Positions 10,630 to 23,680 of a stretch of DNA of 64,000 bases are shown here, piece after piece. The notes under the pieces are model-generated. The model searched no databases. It was not told where the DNA came from and worked only from the letters and a program-made list of their open reading frames with translations. The translations under genes and the position numbers were made by a program. Source of the stretch: Cetorhinus maximus (taxonomy: Eukaryota). The stretch lies in contig NC_135894.1 in NCBI RefSeq assembly GCF_964194155.1, forward strand, positions 16,616,001-16,680,000. Reading direction: 5' to 3'. The stretch's first letter is position 1. Each line of letters begins with the position of its first letter.

Positions 10630-11972
10630 TTTCCTCCCCCTTTAGTTTTTTGCAATTATCTTTACAAAGCACATTTGAACATCCGAAAAACATTTATACA
10701 ATTTCAGGTGATTATAAATCTAGTCTTTGAGGTGCTCTTTGTACACGGCTAGAGCGGTGTAGCTCCACCACTGGAGGTTCCTGAACAGGATTGACAGGAT
10801 CTAGAAGCTGCACTATGAGACATATGATCGGAACTGGGCAGTTCAGAATTTGGCAACTCTTCTGAAACATCTGGAATGTCTGTTCTAGGTCAATCACACA
10901 CCTCAGAAGTCAATGGGTTCAACGTTATCAAAGGTTGATCAGTTAATTGTTGGAACGTCTCTCTAGCACGGATATGATCCACGTGCTTACGGATATTCTA
11001 TCTCCCACTTGTACCTGGAAAGATAACGCACCAGTCTCCGAAACAATGGCTCCCAAAGCCAAACAGGGTCCACTGCTGAAATTTCACACATATACCGTGT
11101 CACCTACACTGAATGCGCGAGCTTTACTGTGTATGTAATGGGTAAACTTCTGATTATTCTGGTTCCGCGCTACCTTCCCCTCTAAATTCGGGAACAGCAA
11201 GTGTAAACGTGCACGCAGACGCCATTTCATTAATAACTCCGATGGTGTTGAACCAGTCATCGAATGTGGTGTGGTATGATAAGTTAAGATAAACTGAGAG
11301 CCGAGATTCCAGGGTACCTTCCGATAGCTTTTTCATACCAGACTTAAAAGTTTGCGCAGCCCTCTCAGCTAGGCCATTCAATGAGGGATGCCAAGGAGCT
11401 GTCTTTATACGGCGGATTCCTTTCAGATCCATAAATTTCTGAAACACGGTGCTGGTAAAGACTGTACCATTATCAGAAACGACGATTTCATGCTGAAACA
11501 GTGACGTAGCTTCTCGATAGTTGCGTTTGATGTTGGGAATTTGACTTCGTACACATCCATCCATTTTGAATGTGCGTCTACAATTAACAAAAACATGGTA
11601 CCTAAGAATGGACCTACATAACAGACATGTAGTCGAACCCAGGGTCGACCAGGCCATTCCCAGGGATACAGTGGAGCTGAAACATGCAATTTCCGTTGTT
11701 GCTGACAGTGGGAGACAGTGCTTGACCATGGTTTCGATGTCACTGTCAATGCCTGGCCACCAGACATAGCTTCGCACAAGCATTTTCAATCTCTGATATG
11801 CCTGGATGCGCACTGTGGAGTTCTGTCAAGAGTGGCTCTCTACCTTGTGGTGGGGCCACAACTCTCGACCCCCACAACAAAATTCCGTCTTGATGGCTTA
11901 ATTCCGTGTTTCTGATACGGAGCGGTCTCAATTCTTCAGATCCAGGTGAGTTTGGCCAACCTTGCAAATAAA

Positions 11973-12370
11973 GGGCAGGATTTTTACCTCGACGGGTGGG
12001 CCCGGGAGTGGCTGCAAAACCAACTGCCACCTGATATTGGGCCCCGACCGCGATCTCACGCTGACTGGCCAATTAACGGCCAGTGAGAGCTCCTTGAAGT
12101 CACAGGGCTGCCTCAGGGAGCTGAAGATTTTTAGCACTAAAAATAAAGAATGGAAAAATAAGGAAAACATGTCCCCTCATGTGACAGAGTCACGTGTTAA
12201 TCATGAGCTTTAAAAGTTTTTATTTTTTTTTTAAATCACTGGTTGAAACCGCTTCTCGCCCATAGATGAGGTTTCGCAAAAAATGCAAAGGCCACTTGGC
12301 CTATTCAGCCTGCCCGCCAGCTGAACATTTCAACAGGCAGTGAACAATTAAATTCAATTAAATTCAATTC
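11973..12370. mobile_element. Truncated Harbinger-type MITE inserted in the Gypsy element
   Basis: Starts GGGCAGGATTTTTAC. Shares acatgtcccctcatgtg and gatgaggtttc...tgcaaaggcc blocks with the MITE at 43930-44588, in opposite orientation. Confidence 0.7.
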
Positions 12371-14102
12371 AATATCGTATCTCTGTTCGTTCAATTCCAA
12401 ATTTGTTTCACACACACAGGCAAAGGATCTAAGAAATTCAATAATAGCACTAATTCTTGTGGAATGCGAGTATTTACAATATTATCTGATTTTAGGCGAA
12501 ATATCTCGGACCAGTCGAGTTTTATCTTCTGTATCCAATAAAAGACTGGGTCCCTCCCCTTTTATGATTATCACAGGCAGTTGGTCTGTCTGTCCCTTGT
12601 AACAGACTGGGGCAGTGGCAATGCCCTTGACTTGAATAGATTCTCCCATATAACGTCTTAACTTGGTGGTTGTCCGCTCCAGGTTTATTGGCTGTCTTCC
12701 TTCATTAAGATGCCTGAAAGTTTGCTCTCCAACCACCATGGTTGAGGCACCAGTATCCGCTTCTATACGCAGTGGCTTCTCATTTACTTGTACTGTCACC
12801 ATAACAGGCTCAGTTTTCACAGCCGTACACATCAGTATCAGCAGCTTCAGCCTTTGCTGTACCTGTTAACTCCATCATGTTTGTTTGCTGTCTTGTAAGT
12901 TGTTTCATCTTTGTTCGGCATTGCCTAACCATGTGTCCCTTCTAATGACAATAATGACATTCTGCCGCTCTGAATTTACAGGTATCTGCTCCGTGGTCAC
13001 CTCCACATTGATAGCAATTTTATCTTGAAGTTGTTGATGAAGTGCTTCTGTTAGGCTTCTTAATGTTTCTCATAGTGAACATTGAATTGCGCTTTAATTC
13101 TGCAGGTCCGGTTTTCACACCACACTCGGAGGCAGGTTCCCACCCCACATGGAGTACGGCCCCATTATCCATGTGTTGCAAAGCCTGTGAGCCTCTCGCA
13201 GCATTTTCCATGGCGAGGGAGATTTCTAGGGGGTGCTTAAAGACGATATCGACTTCGGCAAGCAAGTGGCGCTGTATGGCATCGGCCTTGACTCCACACG
13301 CCAGTCGGTCCCTCAGCATATTGGTTAATGAGTCCCCAAAGCCGCAGTATTCCGTTAACTGCTTGAGGTTGGCCATTATATGTTGTGATGGACTCTCCCG
13401 GGGCACAAACTCTTGAATTCAATTCAAAGCGTTGCATTATCACAGATGGCTTTGGCTGGAAGGGTGCTTTCACTAGGTCCATTAACTCCCTTGTATGACC
13501 TGGAGTTAGGCGTGCTCGGTGCAGTCAGGTTGTATGTTTTACTGCCGCACACTCAAGAGGATCGCTTTCCACTTTCCTTTGGCGGTTATTTCACTTGCTA
13601 CAACGTAAAATCCGAGGCGCTCAACATACTGGCTCAGGACGTGCGCACATGTGCGTGTGCCCTTTCTCATCTAATAGCTCATGCTGGTCTGGGTAAAGCC
13701 ACCTACTTGATCAATCTAGCCACAACCAATCCATCGCAAGGAGATGGGGGAAAGGGTAGGAGAATTAAAAAAGGAACCGAAAGGTAGAGATCAGGGAGAC
13801 ATTACCTGAAAAGAACCATTTGCAACCGAGGGGATAAAATTACACAACATCCGAAGTGTGATTAAAGGAAAATGAGGCAGTGCTCTGTTCAATGGAATAA
13901 GTTGATCTTGAGCCAGATTCAGAGCATTCTGCTAACAAACCCCTGCCCCTTGGGTTAGAATCACCATCACTACAGTCATTCACTCCAAAGAAAAATAACC
14001 CACACATGGTTTTATTCCTTTCCAATTTAGAATGGAAAACAGAACATGTTGCCGCTGCACTTGTACCAAATTTGAGTATTGTGGAGGCAAAGACCAAAGA
14101 AA

Positions 14103-14380
14103 GAACTTTGAGAGGAGAAAACTATAGAAGAGATGTGCGGGGCAAGTTTTTTTACGCAGAGGGCAATGAGTGTCTGGAATTCGCTGCCAGAGGAGGTGGT
14201 GGAAGCAGGTACGATAGTGGTGTTTAAGAGGCAGCTTGACAAATACATGAATAGGATGGGAATAGAGGGATACGGACCCCAGAAGTGCAAAATGTTTTAG
14301 TTGACGGGCAATATGATCGGCGCAGGCTTGGAGGGCCGAAGGGCCTGTTCCTGTGCTGTACTTTTCTTTGTTCTTTGTTC
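14103..14380 (+). mobile_element. Young, severely 5'-truncated CR1 3' end
   Basis: agagatgtgcggggcaagttttttacgcagaggg...ttggagggccgaagggcctgttcctgtgctgtacttttctttgttctttgttc. CpGs are retained. Confidence 0.85.
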
Positions 14381-14859
14381 ATTGACACTTTACTGAATAC
14401 TGTTTTTGGACTATTAATTAGTGAAATCCTTCTTCCTGATATAGGCAAGAAGTCAAAGTATAAGTCATGCCCTCAGCCACTTCTCACTTTCAGATCCAGC
14501 GCCGTCATGGCCCTCAACAAGTCAAAATTTAGGCCGTTACTTCATGCATAGGACCTGCTTGTTCAGAGACTTCAATTTGATTCTAAAGGTTTGTTAACAT
14601 TGAGCTATCCTGCAACTAATTGTGTTTAAGATTAAGATATTCATTTCGACCAAAAACCTTTTGATGACAAAGAAAACATGTGGAGGATTGCCACTGATGG
14701 AGATTCGTAGTAACTAATCTTGAAGAATGACAACTGTACTTGTTGCATTTCATCAAATAGAAATAGAGGAGTAAAATCTGGTTCCGTAGCACCATTTCTT
14801 GGCCAATACAATAGTCTTCAAAAATCCAAAATGGGGCATCCGTGGGTCCTTTGGTGCCT

Positions 14860-16960
14860 GGCTGGAGTTGCAGATGTTTGCAACATGTCTCAGTTTTCTG
14901 TCCACTCTGCTTTCTGGGACGCCACTGAGACTCTGTATTCAAAGAGAGCTAAATACATCTCATTCTCTCCTGCCAGAGAGCAGTAGACAGAGCAAGAACA
15001 TGGCTTCACAAGGCTTGCAGGCTTCCTTGTGATGCAGGGTGCCACTGATTGGACACAAATTGCTTTGTGGGCCCTGCAATTCAACTCCGTGATGTACTGC
15101 TCCCTCAATGTCCAGCTGCTGTGTGAGCATACCAGATCAACGCCCAGAATGACGCCCACGATGCCTTCATTTTGCAGCACTCCACTGTGTCATCTGCACC
15201 TGAGCCTTCACATAAACTGAAGGATGTCTCATGACCTCAGTTGCCTCATGAAATGTGATAGAGCAGACCACTAGCATGCTGATACAATGATTCTGCTGGC
15301 TGTACCACTCTTGAGGGAACCCTGCAGCACTCGGAGCATGTGTCGAACTTGTGGTGGCCTGCTGCTGGTTGCACAGCCTCAGCATCAAGAGGGTGTAACC
15401 CTTTTCACCAGCTACATGGAAAGCTGCTGAGGAGCAGGAAGAGGAAGAGGGAGGAGGTAACTTAGCCAAACACTTCTGGCCGAGCTGCCCTCGAACGACA
15501 CATTTAACTGCAGTATCAGTGACACAATCCCAATTTACCAAGAGTCCCATACCTTATCTTCGTCTGTCACTGACCATCTTGGCATCCGCTTGCAAATATA
15601 TAAGTCAACACAAAATAAACATTCCAAACCAAATTTATAACTGAAAACAATCCATACTGCATACCAACATAAACAAATCACCTTTGTGCATTCCCTTAGT
15701 GCCTGTCTTCCATCTCCCTTCCTCTGTCCTGGTTCCCCTACACTGTGCTACCCCAGTGGCTGCAGCACACCTGGTGGAAGACTTTATTAGGGGAGATCGC
15801 AGATGGTCTTGGAGGTGACCTCCAGCAACTCTGGGCCTAAAGGGCCTGGCTTTGAACTGCACCAGCAGGCTAGGCTGGCTAACTGGCAACTGCAGGGGAA
15901 ATGGCAGAGTGGCACTGTTGGGAGGAAAAGTGCTGTCATCCTGAGGGCGGACAGGAGGTTCACTACCAATTCCCTGGGGCAATACCTCAGCAATCCTAGT
16001 AATCTGCTGCAGGACAGGTTGCTTTTTTTTTATATTCATTCGTGGGAATGGGGGCTTCACTGGCTAGGCCAGCATTTATTGCCCATCCCTAATTGCTCTT
16101 GAGAACTGAGTGGCTTGCTAGGCCATTTTAGAGGACACAGCTATGGGTCTGGAGTCACATTTAGGCCAGACCCTAAAGGACATTATTGAACCAGATGGGT
16201 TTTTAATGACAATCAATAATGGCTTCATGGTCATTTTTTTTTCATTGAATTCAGATTTCACCATCTGTCGTGGTGGGGTTCAAGCCTAGCTCCCAGAGCA
16301 TTACCCTGGGTACCTGGATTACTAGTCCACTGACAATACCCTACGTCACCTCCTCCCCCTGAACTGCTGAGAGAGCCTGTGAGCCCCTATGAGCACTGGT
16401 ATTTACAGTCATGATGGCAGCAGACTGAGCCTGCATGACCTCCGTCTGAGTTTCCACTGCAGTAACCAGACACTGGGCAGCTTCCTCCTATGGTGCAATG
16501 AGAACTGAGATATCAGATGATGCATCATGGTTTGGTCCACAAGTGTGCTAATGGACTCCAATTCAATGGGCTCCAACACCTGTGCCAAGTTGTCATGCTT
16601 CTCAACATTGAACACAGGCTTTCTGGCAGGTCTGCCAATGCATCAAGCATTTCATTCTGCATACCCATCAGCCTTTTTCTGTAGCCTGCCCCATCCAAAT
16701 GTTTATTGCAGTCCTCTTGAGCAAGGCTCCTGTGTGTGACCACATCCTCCGGTGAGCTGGCACCTATGCTACCCTTGCCCACTGATCCAGCTGCAGGCCA
16801 CTCATGCCCAGTGTCTCACCATGTGAGGATCGCTCCTCTAAAGTATCCTTCAAATTAAATGGAGTGTCAGTATCTGAGCTAGTGGCTAAGTGCGAGATTG
16901 AACAATGGTGTTTCTTCATCATCACCGTCTTCATGCTCTTCCACCAATGGTTGACCAGGT
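14860..16960. mobile_element. Decayed Harbinger transposon: transposase remnants (+) converging on Myb/SANT-partner C-terminal remnants (-)
   Basis: Plus strand MMQGATDWTQIAL resembles the catalytic GAIDCTHIAL motif, followed by SLNVQL. Minus strand MQNEMLDALADLPESL and ATSSDTDT are typical of the partner ORF. Interrupted by a SINE at 16020-16350. Confidence 0.6.
16020..16350 (-). mobile_element. SINE with LINE-B tail
   Basis: tttttttatattcattcgtgggaatggggg...ccagcatttattgcccatccctaattgc...gggtctggagtcacat...gattactagtccactgacaatacc. Confidence 0.75.
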
Positions 16961-17659
16961 AGAAATTGTTGTCTATCCCAACATGAGGATCAGCACTTTG
17001 GCAACAAGGGCAATCCGCCAGTGATATTTGGTTCATTCAACCGTTCAAGCTTTTTTGTTTCCCATTTTAGATCATTCACTGGACAAAATGCCAAAGAGAA
17101 GCCAAATTTTTCCTCTTGGGGTGGAGGGTGGGGTGCAGAGGAAAGTAGGACAAAGTCAGAGGTAACTAACATTTTCCAATCTGCTCACTGATTACCAAAC
17201 ATCAGTAACTGTCATAAGAAGAACACAGCACAGACTGTCCCTTCTTCCCGGAAGAATAGCACGTGGGGGTTCGCAGCTTTCAATAAAAGCAATGGGACTG
17301 GAATGAGAATAACAAGATTTGAAAACCCCTTGATCAGCAATAAAGTCATTTAGTGCTTTTGTTAAGGCCTTGTAAGCTCCTGCTATGGTTAATTGGCATG
17401 CAGTGTTAAACATTCAAATTCCCAGGGGTTATTTCCTTTTCCAGAAGGAGAGTCACGTTTATAGTCTGCAGATTGCAGATTCTTGCCGCCCTAATTCTCA
17501 CATCCATGCTCCAAAAAAAAATGCAGCCCTTATTGAGGGCAAGGAATTATTTCTAGTATCCTTTTTTTGTCAAAAGTCCTGCTACTCCCAAAAAATACTT
17601 CTCAGGTAAGGTAATGAACCAATGGAATGAGAGAATAGGGTTACGGTTACAAATTCTCA

Positions 17660-18050
17660 TGATAGGGATGTTCCTATCAAAGCTAGCATTTATTGCTATC
17701 CCTAATTGCCCTAAGAGCGTGGTGGTGCACCACCTTCCTGGTTTTATACAGCAGACTGGCTTGCTAAAACACTTCAAAGGGCAATTAAAAGTCAACTATT
17801 TTGGCATGGGACTCAAGTTACATAATAGATCAGTCCAGGCAAGAACAGCAAGAGTCCTTCCTTAAAGGATATCGATGAACCAGTTGGTTTTCTAATGATA
17901 ATCCAACAGCTCCTGGGACACCTTTACCAATGCTTGTTTTTTATTTTCTTTTTGTTTTAAATTGAATTAAGTTTCCAAAATTGTCATGGTGGGATTTGAA
18001 TTCCTGTTATCTGGGTTATTAAGTCTAGGACCCTGGGTTACTAGTCCGCT
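17660..18050 (-). mobile_element. SINE with LINE-B tail, close to the donor of WWC3 exon 18086-18215
   Basis: agcatttattgctatccctaattgccct...taaaggatatcgatgaaccagttgg...catggtgggatttgaa...ttactagtcc. Confidence 0.7.
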
Positions 18051-18085
18051 AAATTTTCCTGTGCAATAAGGAAGGAATGTCTTAC

Positions 18086-18215
18086 CTGAATAAGGTCCTG
18101 CCTTTCTTTCTCTCCTAAAGTAATTGACTTCTTGATGGTTCTCAGCTCATTCATTATTTCCTGTGCTTCATCCAGTTTGTAGTTGGTTTGACTGTCGGAC
18201 ATTTTACGGTCAATC
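18086..18215 (-). CDS. WWC3: WWC3 coding exon (130 nt); not in the ORF track
   Basis: (E)IDRKMSDSQTNYKLDEAQEIMNELRTIKKSITLGEKERQDLIQ. Acceptor TTTCTTTTGATTCAG|, donor |GTAAGA. Phase 2 to 0. Confidence 0.92.
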
Positions 18216-18789
18216 CTGAATCAAAAGAAAAAGAGAATGAAATACTTCAACAATGTGTTTTATTCTTCTCCCCATGGCGTGTCAGCACTTTTTTTTGGCT
18301 GGTAGGAACAATTTTTAGGTCACAGAAATAAACGCCCTGATTGAGATTTGAGCCACTTCTGAAAAGCTGTTACAACCACTGAACTAACAGATTTGCTGAT
18401 AGTCATTTGGAGCTAAACAGGAGCGCTGCACTGTTATTTTCGTACTGCGCAGTTTTAAGATATTGATGGTGCTGGGACAAAAGAACTCCTTGTTGTCTAG
18501 CATTGTTGCCATGCATTTAGTATATATAGTGTTGGGGTCAACAAGTTATATTCAACGACAACAGATGCAATTTGGGTGTCTGCACAGAGGCAAAGGTGCC
18601 TAAACTTAACGGAATGATTTAATATGGGCTGACTTATAAGAATTGATCAAGTCTGAGGGTCCCAAAATAATCCAGTTCCTCTCAATGTAAAGCAATTTCA
18701 CAAAAATCGCACATTTACATCCTTAAGGCTGAGGAGGCCATCCTGCAGAAGGGGCAAAATAAATAAAACTGGAGTACAGTACAAAAAAA

Positions 18790-19235
18790 GCTTGCATTCA
18801 TATCGCATTTTTTAGGAATCCTGGACGTCTCAAAGCACTTTACAGCCAAAGTGCTTTTGAAATGTAGTCACCATTGTAGTGCAGGAAATGTGGCAACCAA
18901 TTTACATACAGCAAATTCCCACAAACAGAAATTTGATGACAACCAGATAACCAGTTCTTGTGATGTTGATTAAAGGGATAAATATTGACCAGGGTACTGG
19001 GAACAACTCCCCTGCTCCTCTTTGAATAGAGCCTTGGGCTCATTTACAACCACATGAGGGGGCAGACAGGGCTTCGGTTTAATGTCGCATCCAAAAGATG
19101 ACACTTTTGACAGGGCAGCATTCCCTCATTTCTGTACGGAAGCTTCAGTCCTGATTTATGTGCTCAAGTCCTGGAGCGGGACTTAATCCAGAACCATGTG
19201 ACTTAGAGGCAAGAGTGCTACCAACTGAGCCAACG
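18790..19235 (-). mobile_element. Deu-domain tRNA SINE (SacSINE1/AmnSINE1-like)
   Basis: Minus-strand head gttggctcagttggtagcactcttgcctctaagtcac. The central domain matches the copy at 26315-26745, and the tail is L2-like. Confidence 0.75.
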
Positions 19236-20139
19236 CAGACACGCACAAATGAAGAAGATTCAAGATAAATTTACTTATACAAAGTTCTGATATATGAACT
19301 AGATCTCATCATCCCTTGAGGCAAATTCAAAGAAAGGTGAAGTCATATAGGGATATAATTTCAGCATAAATATTGCACCTTTGTAACTTTAGGTTAAAAT
19401 TAGAACCAAGGCATTCAGGGCCGACGTCAGGAAGTGCTTTGTCAATCAAAGCGTAGTGGAAATCTGGAACTCCTTCCCTGTCAAGATGTTGTGGCTAGGT
19501 CTATTCAAAATTTCAAAATGGACTTTAAGAAGCTTTTGTTCAGTAAGGGTACTCTACCAATGAACCACACCACCACAAAAAGCTGGAAAGAGAAAGGGTT
19601 CAATTCTTCCTGCAAATTGTTTAAAAGAAAGAACAACAAAAACAAACTTGCATTTATTTCGTGCCTTTGATGTCCAAAGTGCTTTACAGTTAATTGTGCT
19701 CTTTTAAAATGTTGCACTTAGGAAAGAGAGCCAACTATTAACGTACAGCAAGCCCCCACACACAGCAATATGGTCATGACCAGATCATGTATTTTAAGTG
19801 TTGGTTAAGGGATAACTCTTGATCGTGACATCAGAAAACTCTCCTGCTTTCGTTTGAAATACAGAAAGCACAGAACTCCTGCAAGCAGTATAAAAGGGAA
19901 GGAAACTATGCGAAATGGGACTCCACCCTGTTTCTTGATCTTTGCAGCTGGGGAAATGATATTTCCAACAGCAGAGGTAAGAAAAGTCTCCCCCAATATT
20001 TAGGGATCCATCAAATCAGCAACTGTTAGCTGTTAGTAAGTTAGCTCAATGCAGAATATAGAGATGGGGAGAGGATGCGATCCAGTCCAACATGGGGAGA
20101 GGCTGAGGTCCTGTCCCAGGATGCTGTGTGGCTTGGAGC

Positions 20140-21080
20140 TGAACTTTCAGGTAGTGGTGATCCCATGTGCCTACTGTCCTTGTCCTTCTAGGCGATAGTC
20201 ATGTGTTTGGAAGGTGCTGTCAAAGGAGCCTTGGGGAATCGCTGCAGTGCATCTTGTAGGTGGTACACACTGCTGCCACTATGTATTGGTGGTGGGGGGA
20301 ATGGATGTTTAAGGCGGTGGATGGAGTCTGATCAAGTGGGCTGCTTTGTCCTGGATGTGTTAAACCTTCTGCATTCGTCCAACCAAGTGGGGAGTATTCC
20401 ACCACACTCCTGACTTTTGACTTGCAGTTGGTGGACAGGCTTTGGGGAGTCAGACCTTGTCTACAGAACTTTGAACTGATCTGTTGACGTTGGAATTGCC
20501 AAATTCTGTCTATAGCATGCTTCTTCTACTGTTATGCATGCATGTATTCCTGTGTTGTTGTAGCTTCACCAGGTTGGCACCTAATTTTTAGATACACCTG
20601 GTGTTGCACCTGGCATGCCCTCCGGCAATCCTCACTGAACCAGAGTTAGTCTCCTGGCTTTATGGTAATGAGTGAGTGATATGCCAGGCCAGGAGGTTAC
20701 AGATTGTGGTCGAGTACAATTCTGCTGCTGCTGATGGCCCACAGCACCTCACGTTTGGCTAGTTTTGAACTGCTGGTTCTGTTCCGAGTCTATCCCATTT
20801 AGTGCACTGGCAATGCCACACAACATAATGGACTGTACCCTCAGTGTGAAGACAGGACTTTGTCTCTACAAGGTCGATGTGGAGATGGTCATACCTACCA
20901 AAGTGGTCAAGGACAGGTGCAGACAGGAAGACTGGTGAGGACAAGATCAAGTAGCTTTTCCCTCGTTCGTTCCCCCAGCACCTGCTGCAGACCCAGTCCG
21001 GCAGACACGTCCCTCCAGAGTCAGCCAGCTTGGTCAGTAGCAGTGCTGCTGAGCCACTCTTGGTGATGTCCACTGAAGCT
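20140..21080 (-). mobile_element. LINE family B fragments (internally deleted)
   Basis: Reverse complement of 5100-5450 (gtgctgtcaaaggagccttggg...gctgcagtgcatcttgtag), plus an upstream endonuclease-region segment. Confidence 0.7.
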
Positions 21081-23139
21081 CCTCACTTCACCCCCCCACC
21101 CCCACCCCACCCAACCACATAAAGTACACGCTCGCTCCTCCTGGCCCACAAGGAGTACCATGAAGACGCTTGCCTTCTCCTCGAGCTGTCCTCTCCTCAG
21201 TGCAACCGAGTTTCAGCCCCAGGGAAACCCAGCCGCCCACATTTATACCTACAAATCTGGTGAAATCAGACTTCCAGCATTACTGACATATTTGAAATAC
21301 CAGCCTGCCTCCTGGGAGAGGGTTGACTGCTTGCCATCTGCCCCACCTGAGCAAAAGCTAGAAGTTGCCAGGTTGCAGCTGGTTTCCCAACTGTAGTGTT
21401 CAATGGTTTAATTGATCTGTGCTTGATTATGAGAGTCTGGTGACTGATCTATGCTCACTGTACTTGATTGGTTAAGCCTGGGTGTGGGACTCAGAGCAAA
21501 ATAAACAGGCACAACTGAAAGGACCTAGAAGCTGAACTGTAAACATAAGTGCAGGCATTTTGTGATTGCAGAGATATTTTAAAACTCTTGTAAATAAATC
21601 TGTAAATAAACACTTAGAAGCTAGTAACATCACTTAATTGCTCATGAGATACATAAAATATATAATACTGACATGCTTCAATCCTTTGGGAACATAACCC
21701 TCCCCACCCACACCCATTATCACCCATTCCCCCATGTTAAAACTTCACCCTATATTTCTGATTTGTTACATTAAAATGCAGCCTCCAATAGAAAACAGAC
21801 TGGCTAATGAATTTATAGGTTTTCAGACGAGACTCCATCAATCACAGTTGGAGAAGGAGGGAGAGTGAGGGGTCTGTGAGGGGATTCCAGGGTTCACCAA
21901 TTTTCAGATTTCTGTCTGTTGAAGGGAAATGTACCTACACTTATAAACCAATATTTGCAGGGAGAGCCACGCATGGAAAATTTGAAAAACCACTGAAGTA
22001 AAACAAGCAATGGTCGACATGATTCAAACGCTGAGACTTTTGACTTGTGATGGGAACGTGGCAGTGAGTAGAGAAGGGGTGGGATCAGGCTTGACCCTTT
22101 AGGAAAACTCTGCTGTCAGCACAGTTAGACATGTTAGCCATACTCTGCCAATTCGCCGCACTGTTCACATCCTTCTTGGCTTTAGAGGAATTCATAAAAT
22201 TATAAATCACACATAATGAGTTAGTCAGTCATGGTCTAAAACCTTTTACCACCCCCTCCCCACCCAACCCCACCAAAATAATTACTATGCTTGGACAGAA
22301 CATTCTAGAAAATAAAAGGTGCTTTCCATATAATGCTGTAGACCAAGCCAATGGTTCAGCTTCTCCACTTCACTGTCTTTTTATCCCCCCACATATTTGA
22401 GTTGACGTCCAATAATGGTATTCCCAGAGGACTGGCTCTTTATTTGATTTATCAACGTATTAAATTATATTCACTGTGGGTCAAACAAGCCATCTGCAGT
22501 TATTATCTGAAAGAGAATACTGCCTTTGGATTGACCCGCCATGGGCTGTATTTCAGATCCATTTGATCGTAAGTCATTTCACACAGAAAACATTTTTAAC
22601 ATAGTTAAGCCTTTGCTAAAACTCCATGGAATTTAATCAGATCCTTCAAAGATGAAGGGGAATGCCACCCAGTTCAAAAACCATTAAATTCAGCTTTTAC
22701 AAGCCTCATGTAAGCTGACCTAGAAGCTAAGGCTGTTCCGGAATGTGCGCAAGATATATAGAACCCACTACATTCTGATGAAGAGGTGGGAGTGCTACCA
22801 ATTAAAATATGATGCCTGGTATAGTATTGAAGAGACCACTGTCAAATAGAAGCACTAGTCATAAAACCAGATTTTCCAAAATGGTCTGTTGGCAGAAATG
22901 AACTTCAGAACCTTTTTGCCAGTATAAACGTATGTTAGTGCTTTCTATATCTTGTACTTTATTTTACATTTGTACGTGCTAGCAGCAAGCTGCTGAACAC
23001 TTGTGACATCGTAACACTAAAGTTGCCCTCAGGGAGAATAGGCTACTAAACACATGCACAGGTGTGAAAGTATACCTGAATCAACAATAAAAAGTTTCAT
23101 TGAAACAAATGTTTAAGAAAGTTTCTGTTAACCATCCGC

Positions 23140-23395
23140 CTCGGCTCACTGGTAACGCTCCCAACCTCTTAGTCAGAATGCAGTGGGCTCAAACCCCATC
23201 GCAGAGACTTGAACATATAAACTAAGGCCGACATTCCCGAGGGAGTGCTGCACTGTGAGAGGTACTGTCTTTCAGATGAAACATTAAACTAAGCTTCTGT
23301 CTAGCCTCTTATGTGGATGTAAAAGATCCCTTGGCACTATTCTGAAGAACAGCAAAAGGGAGTTCTCTCTGGTGTCCTGGTCATGTATCCGCTGA
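23140..23395 (+). mobile_element. Deu-domain SINE, 5' half
   Basis: ggctcactggtaacgctc...gagggagtgctgcactgtgagaggtactgtctttcagatgaaacattaaac...aaaagatcccttggcactattctgaagaac. Confidence 0.7.
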
Positions 23396-23680
23396 CCAAA
23401 AGCTTGGTCAAAGAGGTAGGTTTTAAAGAGTGCCTTAAAAGAGGAAAGCAAGGTAGAGAGGCAGGGAGGTGTAGGGAGGGTATTCCTGAGTTAGCCTAGA
23501 CAACTGAAGGCACGGCCACCAATGGTGGAGCAATTAAAATCGGGGATGCACCAGAGGCAAGAATTAGATAAGCGCAGATATCTTAAGAGGGTTTGAGGGC
23601 TGGAGGAGAGGGAGGTCAGGAGTGACAGGTGAATGAGATTTGGCGTGGGACAAGATACAGACTAAAGTTTTGGATGAGTC
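23395..23680 (-). mobile_element. L2-type LINE 3' fragment
   Basis: gaccaaaagcttggtcaaagaggtaggttttaa...ctgaaggcacggccaccaatggtggag, the same family as 24390-24720 and 34780-35090. Confidence 0.65.

Larger units (their letters stand above)
10391..13640 (-). mobile_element. Gypsy/Ty3 LTR retrotransposon remnant (gag, protease, integrase, PPT, 3' LTR; RT/RNaseH missing)
   Basis: Gag LKQLTEYCGFGDSLTNMLRDRLACG with a zinc-knuckle region at ~12920-13020. Protease ADTGA. Integrase HSAHPG...YVWWPGIDSDIE..VKHC and WEWPGRPWVRLH...GPF...VDAHSKW, VSDNG, NGLAERA. PPT AAAGGGGGAGGAAA at 10630-10643. Confidence 0.9.

Noticed and set aside
21392-21629. Possible solo LTR (TG...CA, AATAAA); similar case at 46257-46482
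   Set aside because: No matching TSD or convincing terminal inverted repeat.
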